Assembly (NCBI RefSeq): GCF_000092465.1
Contig: NC_014205.1
Span: 210,001 to 242,000 of the forward strand
Direction: 5' to 3'
Length of the DNA stretch: 32,000 nt
Origin: Staphylothermus hellenicus DSM 12710
Lineage (GTDB): Archaea > Thermoproteota > Thermoprotei_A > Sulfolobales > Desulfurococcaceae
The translations under genes were made by a program, and so were the position numbers. This document shows, in pieces, positions 25,838-32,000 of the stretch. The notes under the pieces are model-generated. The model made no database searches and was not told the DNA's origin. It was given only the letters and a program-made list of their open reading frames with translations. Every line of letters starts with the position of its first letter. The first letter of the stretch is position 1.

Positions 25838-26455
25838 ATGAGTAGTAAAATATTATATGTAAATGCCAGCGGCACAGAAATTTTTGTTTTAGAAAACTTG
25901 AGGGGAAAAATAAGTTTTAATGAAATACTGGAGACAATTACTTCTGACTGGCTCTACATATTATTGCTAAGAAAAGTTGTTAGTTTTGCTACAGTTTTCA
26001 AAACCCTGACTCAGCAGTGCCGAGGCAAACTATGCTATGCTAGGATATATTTTTATGAGTTGAAAAATCAGCCTATACAATTAATTTTCAAGATTTTTGA
26101 TCGTTCATCTACTATTTTAATTAATAGTGATCCCCCGATCGAAAAATTATTGAAAAGAATAATTGCAAATCCAAAGTTCGGCGAAACAGTAGTATTTATA
26201 TCTAATCTTGGAAAAGATAATATAGTAATCGATACAGAACAAGCCAATGATCTAAAAGTAGCTAGGAAACTATACATGGAGTTATCGCCAATAGTTTTTG
26301 GTAGGGGATTTGGAAGATTAGTAGCCATGAATATGGAAAAAACTGGTGCAGGATACAATGTTATTTTGTGTGTTGATAAAGAAGGAGTATCTGTCCAATC
26401 TACTTATGAAAGAGTGAATCTTCTCATAAAGAGTATTAGTCAATGTATTCGTTGA
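25838..26455 (+). CDS. Hypothetical protein (205 aa)
   Basis: ORF with protein-like composition. No motif recognised. Confidence 0.5.
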   Translation: MSSKILYVNASGTEIFVLENLRGKISFNEILETITSDWLYILLLRKVVSFATVFKTLTQQCRGKLCYARIYFYELKNQPIQLIFKIFDRSSTILINSDPPIEKLLKRIIANPKFGETVVFISNLGKDNIVIDTEQANDLKVARKLYMELSPIVFGRGFGRLVAMNMEKTGAGYNVILCVDKEGVSVQSTYERVNLLIKSISQCIR

Positions 26456-26508
26456 TCCATGTAATCCTTTAAAAATAAACTAGACCGATAAAATAGTGGG
26501 TGCCTTAA

Positions 26509-26817
26509 ATGATCATTAGAGCTACTCTACTTATAGGAGACGATGATTACTCGAAAATAGTTAGGGAAATAGTTGAGTATGTTGTTAACCATATAAACTC
26601 TAATTTTGAAAACTATGAATTATTGATAGTTTTAAAAGTAGAGAATACTATTTTCAATAATAAGCCTATTCTCATAGTAGAAGATCTAGATCCCATTATT
26701 ATAGATAAATTACCGAGCGTAGAAACATTGCTTAACATATTTATGGTTGCTGGAGACGCTAAATACCTGGACTTAATTGATAGATCCCCTGTTTCAGTAG
26801 AGAATAATATACTTTAA
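26509..26817 (+). CDS. Hypothetical protein (102 aa)
   Basis: ORF downstream of 25838-26455 on the same strand. No motif recognised. Confidence 0.45.
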   Translation: MIIRATLLIGDDDYSKIVREIVEYVVNHINSNFENYELLIVLKVENTIFNNKPILIVEDLDPIIIDKLPSVETLLNIFMVAGDAKYLDLIDRSPVSVENNIL

Positions 26818-27224
26818 TACTTCGATAAACTATGAGCTGCCTTCTCAGAAGCCATTCTATAGAAGGGGCATTTATCCCAGTATTTAATGCATTTTTCAAC
26901 AGATGAACGGGTTATGTATTTATCTAAATAAGTACACCTTGCAACACACACGTTTTCATCAATTTGTTTTACCTCAAAGAATGGGCATTCACTATTATAG
27001 TTGCAAGGAATAATGTGGATAGGTAAATAAATATTGGCGGATTCTTCCACACCCATATACTTATAGAGTTCTTCACCGCTTCTAGCAGTATAGTATGGGC
27101 ATTCATTATAGTTGTCAGACAAACAATAACCAAGACTTACAGGCTCATCACTTGGACTACCGTATTTCTCAATAGTTTTAGGACTATAACATAAACCATT
27201 CAAATAATATGGGCACCGTGGCAA
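26814..27224 (-). CDS. Cysteine-rich protein with repeated CP[YF][YF] motifs (136 aa)
   Basis: Ten Cys residues. The motif recurs as CPYY (x2), CPFF and CPFY, each a few residues from a partner Cys. TTG start. Function unknown; metal or Fe-S binding is plausible. Confidence 0.55.
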   Translation of the reverse strand: MPRCPYYLNGLCYSPKTIEKYGSPSDEPVSLGYCLSDNYNECPYYTARSGEELYKYMGVEESANIYLPIHIIPCNYNSECPFFEVKQIDENVCVARCTYLDKYITRSSVEKCIKYWDKCPFYRMASEKAAHSLSKY

Positions 27225-27337
27225 ATTGCATCACCTGAAAAACCATATAATTCAAACCATTTTTCTAGCAATAACATTTATTATTTATGTTGCTTTTACT
27301 ACGGCTAGCCTTCCCCTCTGGTTTCATCGAGAGCTTT

Positions 27338-27358
27338 CGGGGAACAGATTGTTCCCCG
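27338..27358. other. Perfect 9-bp GC-rich hairpin CGGGGAACA-GAU-UGUUCCCCG
   Basis: Read directly from the sequence. It lies about 115 nt upstream of the Cys-rich gene start on the minus strand, and downstream of a TTTAAATA box (minus strand, about 27371-27378). Confidence 0.6.
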
Positions 27359-27390
27359 CATCTTCGGATATATTTAAATCCCACGCCCAT

Positions 27391-27440
27391 TCAGGCTTAG
27401 CCCAACTCCACATATCGGGCGCAGGCTTATGTATCATCAT
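27391..27440 (-). ncRNA. Candidate C/D-box sRNA (~50 nt)
   Basis: On the minus strand: perfect C box AUGAUGA (27440-27434) and D box CUGA (27394-27391) separated by 39 nt, the canonical archaeal spacing. Degenerate internal D' (CUGC) and C' (AUGUGGA), with exactly 12 nt (GUUGGGCUAAGC) between C' and D. No clear terminal stem, and no target could be checked. Confidence 0.4.
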
Positions 27441-27778
27441 CAAAGACTATATTAGGTAAACACATATAATAATTATGGGAAAACAAAACACATAAACATT
27501 ACAAAAATAACACTATATATTTCAGCCCATAATAGTTATGCCAAATATATAGCCAGCGCACCATCTAATATGCTAACGGATAAAAATAAATTATAGATTT
27601 CCCTAAATAATCTTTGGTTGTTTCTCTTATCCTTAATAAGTCTTGATAATGCGAACCCGGCAGGAGATTTAGGAGCACGTAAAGCTATCTCTTATCTTTT
27701 CAATAACAATAAATTAATGTCTGAAGAAGTTATGGCATTATATGTAAGTAACCTATCAATGTTTATTGATGAGTTGAA

Positions 27779-28243
27779 ATGAAAGCATTAGTGGTATATT
27801 ATTCAAAAACTGGAAAAACAGAATTGGTTGCTAAAGAAATTGCAAGAGTTTTAAATACTGATATACGAAAAGTTGAGGAGGCTAAAAAGAAGATTTCCTA
27901 AGTGCTATACATTATGCAATAAAAGGAAAAATGTTGTGAAATAAAATCTATGAACTTTAACCCGGATAACTATGATCTAGTATTTATAGGATCGCCTGTT
28001 TGGGCAGGGAAACCAACTCCAGCAATTAATGCATTTATCTCAAAAGCGGTTATATTCGTCACAATGGCTATGCATGGAGGGAAAAGTGCAGTTAAAGTAT
28101 TAAGAAGACGAATAGAATCGAAAGGAGGCAAAATTATTGGCTCATTTATAATACGAACATTAGGGGTTAAAGAAGATAAACTCATTAGAGAAAGAAATGA
28201 AACTGGAAATCAATATAAAATTGGAAGCCAATATAGCAGTTAG
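27779..28243 (+). pseudogene. Flavodoxin-like gene interrupted by two in-frame TAA codons (27899-27901 and 27920-27922)
   Basis: The N-terminal piece MKALVVYYSKTGKTELVAKEIARVL.. and the C-terminal piece ..YDLVFIGSPVWAGKPTPAINAFI.. are in the same frame (27950-27779 = 171 nt). The total of 154 codons is a normal length for short flavodoxins. The track shows only the 27950-28243 part. Confidence 0.6.
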
Positions 28244-28284
28244 AATATTACATATAAACATTGAGGAATATATAGGGAGATACG

Positions 28285-29268
28285 ATGATAAATAAACTGT
28301 GGCTTATAGGGATTCTTATTGTAATAGGAATAGTTCTAACGATGTGTGCTCAATATTATGTCCAGTATTCGGAGAGTGAGAGAAAATCTTATGGACTCAA
28401 AGTCAGGAATTGGGCAATTCAGCTTCAAGGTGCTGATCCAAGGGAGATTGCTTCATCCGGTTTTGAACTTGTAGTTATAGATTATTCGAGAGATGGCTCG
28501 GAGCAAGGAAAATATACTCCAGAGGAAATTCAAAAGATGAAGAATTCAGGAGTTATACCAATTGCTTATCTAAGCATAGGCAAGGCAGAAGATTATCGCT
28601 TCTACTGGAAGAGAGAATGGTATACGAATCCTCCAAAATGGTTAGGGAGGGAGGACCCGGAGTGGAAAGGCAGTTATGCAGTAAAGTATTGGTCAGAGGA
28701 ATGGAAGACTATTCTGCACACTTATTTAGATAAAATTATAGAGCAAGGTTTCCATGGGGTTTTTCTTGACGGAGTTGATGAGTTTGAGCATTGGTCGGAT
28801 CCAAACAATGGTGAAGATGTATATTTGTCTGAAGATGAAGCAGCGAGAAGAATGATAGATTTGATTTTAGATATCGCAAATTATTGTAGAAGCAGAGTAA
28901 ACGGAGAATTTTATATAATTCCACTGAATGGGGAAAGAATACTCAAATACGATAATGGCACCCTTATAAACATTGTTTCTGGATGGGCTGCTGAAAGCCT
29001 TTTCTACAATGGAACTAAGCAGTGGAGCAGTGAAGATTGGAATTGGATCCGGGAAAATAGACTACCGTACTTAGACTTTGTGCTTTCTAAAGGTAAACCT
29101 GTGTTTAGTATAGATTATGTTGATGATGGAAGTGGATACTTCGGCGCTAACAAAGAGAGAATAGATAATTATAGGGAAAAAGCTATAAGTAGAGGGTATA
29201 TACCATATGTGGCAATATCTGATAGAGAATTAGATGAACTTAATATTATTAAGGGTGTTCAACCATGA
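28285..29268 (+). CDS. Membrane-anchored/secreted GH114-like (TM1410-type, endo-alpha-1,4-polygalactosaminidase-related) glycoside hydrolase
   Basis: N-terminal hydrophobic anchor LWLIGILIVIGIVLTM. Blocks WAIQLQG, LVVIDYS, IAYLSIGKAEDYRFYW, YAVKYWSEEWK, GFHGVFLDGVDEFEHW resemble the TIM-barrel GH114/COG2342 family. Assigned from memory of the family pattern. Confidence 0.5.
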   Translation: MINKLWLIGILIVIGIVLTMCAQYYVQYSESERKSYGLKVRNWAIQLQGADPREIASSGFELVVIDYSRDGSEQGKYTPEEIQKMKNSGVIPIAYLSIGKAEDYRFYWKREWYTNPPKWLGREDPEWKGSYAVKYWSEEWKTILHTYLDKIIEQGFHGVFLDGVDEFEHWSDPNNGEDVYLSEDEAARRMIDLILDIANYCRSRVNGEFYIIPLNGERILKYDNGTLINIVSGWAAESLFYNGTKQWSSEDWNWIRENRLPYLDFVLSKGKPVFSIDYVDDGSGYFGANKERIDNYREKAISRGYIPYVAISDRELDELNIIKGVQP

Positions 29269-29557
29269 ATCTACCTTCTTAGCCTAACAGTAGATATATA
29301 GTTCGTCCCTGCTCACCCAAAATATTCGGCTTCCCATAGTTATTCGCATACCCACAAACCGTTATATGAAGTCGTAGGCTTCGACTGCAATAATAAAAAT
29401 CAAAAAGAAATTGGGATAAATTTTTCAAAAGATCAAAAAGTGTGAGATATCATATTATAGTTAACATTAACTATAACATAGTTATTACCTATAAGTTAAT
29501 ATTCTATAAATAATATATATTATTCTAGAAAAGACAAATAGTTAAAAGGTGAGTAAC

Positions 29558-30187
29558 ATGGTGTCAGAGGAAAAGAAGATTCCTGAACCACTCAGCGAAG
29601 AAATAACAATTGATTTATCAAAAGTGCCTCTGGTCCCGCAAGGCAAGAGAGAAATACAACAACTAGAAATGGCATTAATTATAGCAACACTATATAGTCC
29701 CGAAGTACTAGAACTAATAAGAGATCCAATAGAGAGAGCAACATGGGTGGATAGCTTAGCAGTTGCAGCATCAGCTCTGGCTAGGCAGAAAGCAGGTTAT
29801 CCCATAAGCAAGATCGCGGAGGAGGTGGGTAGAAGCGAAACAATGATTCGTGCCCATCTTTCCGGCAAGACAAAAGCAGGCAGACTAGTATTACAAACAT
29901 ATGAGAAACTTAAGAAGGGACAACTAAAAATAGTAGTTCCATTCATTAAAGTGCCTAAGGAAATGGTGGAGAGAGTCCAAAGACTAGAGGAAGAACTAAA
30001 ACTACTAAGCAATGTAAAGAAGGAATATGAGGAAAAACTGAAGAAGCTCCAAGAAGAAATAAACAAGCTGAAAGCAGAAAATGAAAAGCTTAGATCAGAA
30101 ATAGATGAGAAAAACCAAATAATAAACACTATAAAGGAGAAGCTTCCAGCTTTAAAGGAGCTTATCGAATATGTAGAGAAACTTTAA
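29558..30187 (+). CDS. Putative HTH DNA-binding protein with a C-terminal coiled coil
   Basis: HTH-like segment ISKIAEEVGRSETMIRAHLSGKT, followed by ~70 aa of heptad-like charged repeats (EELKLLSNVKKEYEEKLKKLQEEINKLKAENEKLRSEIDEK). ATG 29558 is preferred (GGTGAG 4 nt upstream) over the track GTG 29549. Confidence 0.55.
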   Translation: MVSEEKKIPEPLSEEITIDLSKVPLVPQGKREIQQLEMALIIATLYSPEVLELIRDPIERATWVDSLAVAASALARQKAGYPISKIAEEVGRSETMIRAHLSGKTKAGRLVLQTYEKLKKGQLKIVVPFIKVPKEMVERVQRLEEELKLLSNVKKEYEEKLKKLQEEINKLKAENEKLRSEIDEKNQIINTIKEKLPALKELIEYVEKL

Positions 30188-30212
30188 CTATAATTAATCA
30201 TGTTTTTATTAT

Positions 30213-30572
30213 CTAAGCATAATCATGTGGAACAATATCCATGTTCATAAACGCTTTTCCATTGGTCTCATAGATTTTTATCTGCACGCTTGAAACACCA
30301 TCATATTTTAAAGTATTACTCTTAACTAAGCGTACCTCATACATATATCTGCTATTAATTCTGCCAACCATTTCATATGTGTATCCTCTATTAGCATCTG
30401 AAATACTATTCGAAATGATCTTCTTTATCTTGTTAAATCCTAGATTACCTATACGTGCTGCTTCTACATTTCCCTTCCACAAAATATTCCTACTCCTAAC
30501 TATGAATCTCTGCTTCACCATATCTTCGCCAACGAAATATGGTTGCTCAAGCATTATCTCCATACTTATCAC
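30213..30572 (-). CDS. Hypothetical protein (119 aa)
   Basis: Clean ORF. No motif recognised. Confidence 0.5.
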   Translation of the reverse strand: MISMEIMLEQPYFVGEDMVKQRFIVRSRNILWKGNVEAARIGNLGFNKIKKIISNSISDANRGYTYEMVGRINSRYMYEVRLVKSNTLKYDGVSSVQIKIYETNGKAFMNMDIVPHDYA

Positions 30573-30760
30573 CCTACTATATGTATTTTTATCATTTGTA
30601 TATAGATTTAGATCGTTATATATATTTTTGGTATAGCAAATAATGTGTTAGCTCTATATACTAGAGTATATTATGAGTAAATACCGGTATTTTCCACTTT
30701 TATATTTTTATTAATCAATTATTTGTTTGGAAAATAAAATCTGCGGGGAGAGCAAGTAGG

Positions 30761-31066
30761 ATGTCGATGGGATTTGCTGTAGCCGTCATTGATGATCAGG
30801 GGAGAGTAATTGATTATAGTGCACCTATCAATATGAGTTTTGATACTTTACGTGAAGCGATTAGATTGGGATACGATGTTTTTAGAATGATTAATGTTAT
30901 AGTTAGAGAAATTGGTTATGAAAAACCAAGAAATATCACGGTAAAAATGGATAATTATGAGATTACAGTATTTAGTCGGGGTTCGAAAATTGTAGTAGTT
31001 ATATTGAGCAATGAAGAAGCAGTTCCAGTAGCGGTGAATACTTCTAAAGCTACAATGGAGACTTAA
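30761..31066 (+). CDS. Possible Roadblock/LC7 (MglB-like) domain protein (101 aa)
   Basis: Size and pattern fit the Roadblock fold: N-terminal strand AVAVIDDQGRVI, a central helix, and C-terminal strands ITVFSRGSKIVVVIL. Weak call made by eye. Confidence 0.4.
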   Translation: MSMGFAVAVIDDQGRVIDYSAPINMSFDTLREAIRLGYDVFRMINVIVREIGYEKPRNITVKMDNYEITVFSRGSKIVVVILSNEEAVPVAVNTSKATMET

Positions 31067-31781
31067 ATAGTTTTTCATAATTATCATTAATTTTTAATAA
31101 AACATGCTCGACCTGGATATTTTTAACCTTTGCAATATATTCTACAGTTTCAATTACATAGTCAGGCCGCAGCTCTAAACCCTTATACTTGTATGGCGCA
31201 TCTGATTCAGTCAACATGTTTTCAAGAGATGCATACATGATTACTTTTCTATGCTTATCCTGTATTTTCCATGCTGGATTTATCCCTATATAATAGCCTG
31301 AACTAATAATTTCATCTAATAAGTTTAGGGGACCGGTATACCAGTGAAAATATGCTCTATTTATATCGTTTTTAACTAGTAACTCATATACTTCTCTCCA
31401 AGCACCTGCTGTGTGTAGGTTTAGGACTAGATCATATTCCTTAGCTGCCTTCAGGAAAATCTCGTATATTCTCAGCTGTCGATCATATGTTTTAGACACG
31501 AATCTCTTGTCTAATCCAACTTCCCCCAGACATTTAACATTATTTTTAACTGCTAATTCAACAATTTCTTTTGCATGTTTTTCACTATACTTGTGTGCTT
31601 CCCATGGATGAATACCTATACACGGCGTAATACCTAGTTTCTTCTTTAGTTCGAGGGTTTTCCAACTAGACACAGGATCATCTGATACACATACTAATGA
31701 AATGTTTTTTCCAATAAAACGGGATAGTTCTTCTACACTATATTCGTGGCAGTGACAATGCATATCAATGTATTTAATCAT
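31050..31781 (-). CDS. tatD: TatD-family metal-dependent hydrolase
   Basis: Motifs DMHCHCH (HxH), GEVGLDK, NLHTAG, HWYTGP, TESDAPY. AGGAGGG 6 nt upstream of the ATG. Confidence 0.85.
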   Translation of the reverse strand: MIKYIDMHCHCHEYSVEELSRFIGKNISLVCVSDDPVSSWKTLELKKKLGITPCIGIHPWEAHKYSEKHAKEIVELAVKNNVKCLGEVGLDKRFVSKTYDRQLRIYEIFLKAAKEYDLVLNLHTAGAWREVYELLVKNDINRAYFHWYTGPLNLLDEIISSGYYIGINPAWKIQDKHRKVIMYASLENMLTESDAPYKYKGLELRPDYVIETVEYIAKVKNIQVEHVLLKINDNYEKLFKSPL

Positions 31782-31794
31782 GGGAAACCCTCCT

Positions 31795-32000
31795 CTACGA
31801 ACTCTTTACATATATGAAGTTATCTTGTATAAGGTCTTTATCACTTGGCATAATAAAGAACTTTTCAAACCCCGTATCCTTTTCCAGCTCTTGTATTATT
31901 TCTTTAACATAGCTAAGCTTATTTAATATAGTATCCGGAATAGAATAGGTGTCTTTCCTCGAAACATAATAGATATTCTCTATAATGGGTTGTAATACAT
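31795..32000 (-). CDS. 3' end of an unidentified CDS running off the window (last 68 codons)
   Basis: Open frame from the window edge to TAG at 31797-31795 (..DTILNKLSYVKEIIQELEKDTGFEKFFIMPSDKDLIQDNFIYVKSS*). It ends 14 nt upstream of the TatD start. Confidence 0.5.
   Translation of the reverse strand, partial: VLQPIIENIYYVSRKDTYSIPDTILNKLSYVKEIIQELEKDTGFEKFFIMPSDKDLIQDNFIYVKSS

Noticed and set aside
27226-27459. 77-aa plus-strand ORF
   Set aside because: It spans the GC-rich hairpin and sRNA candidate region. The hydrophobic, odd composition and lack of a ribosome-binding context make a non-coding function more likely.

Overview
AT-rich archaeal chromosome segment. The GC-rich, mostly intron-bearing tRNA genes stand out sharply from the AT-rich background, which is typical of a hyperthermophilic crenarchaeote. 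The gene content (GH13 maltogenic-amylase-like enzyme, ParB-fold serine kinase cluster) suggests Desulfurococcales, possibly Staphylothermus; that assignment is inference only. I support about 34 protein genes, 5 tRNAs (Gly, Tyr, Val, Leu, initiator Met; 4 of 5 interrupted by introns), 2 decayed genes and 2 GC-rich candidate ncRNA islands. Most genes are housekeeping: translin-like protein, GH13 amylase, ClC channel, KptA, EamA transporter, a serine kinase/PGDH/class V aminotransferase cluster, M24 peptidase, IMPase, PhoU-type proteins, aRF1, YrdC/Sua5, TatD. I saw no CRISPR array, IS element or integrase. Items most worth a second look: (1) The aRF1 release-factor gene has conserved N-terminal coding sequence with no in-frame start codon. 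It is reachable only from an upstream ATG by a +1 shift on U_UUU_UAG_C, which parallels bacterial prfB autoregulation; a homopolymer sequencing error is the competing explanation. (2) A vWA-FHA-Hanks kinase operon resembling Sulfolobus ArnB/ArnA. (3) An initiator tRNA with a T-loop intron and a GC leader-trailer helix. (4) A 94-nt rod-like tRNA-Tyr intron. (5) Two unclassified GC-rich structured RNA candidates. (6) A flavodoxin gene interrupted only by two in-frame TAA codons. (7) A ClC protein lacking both proton-coupling glutamates. All homology calls come from reading motifs by eye; no database search was possible.
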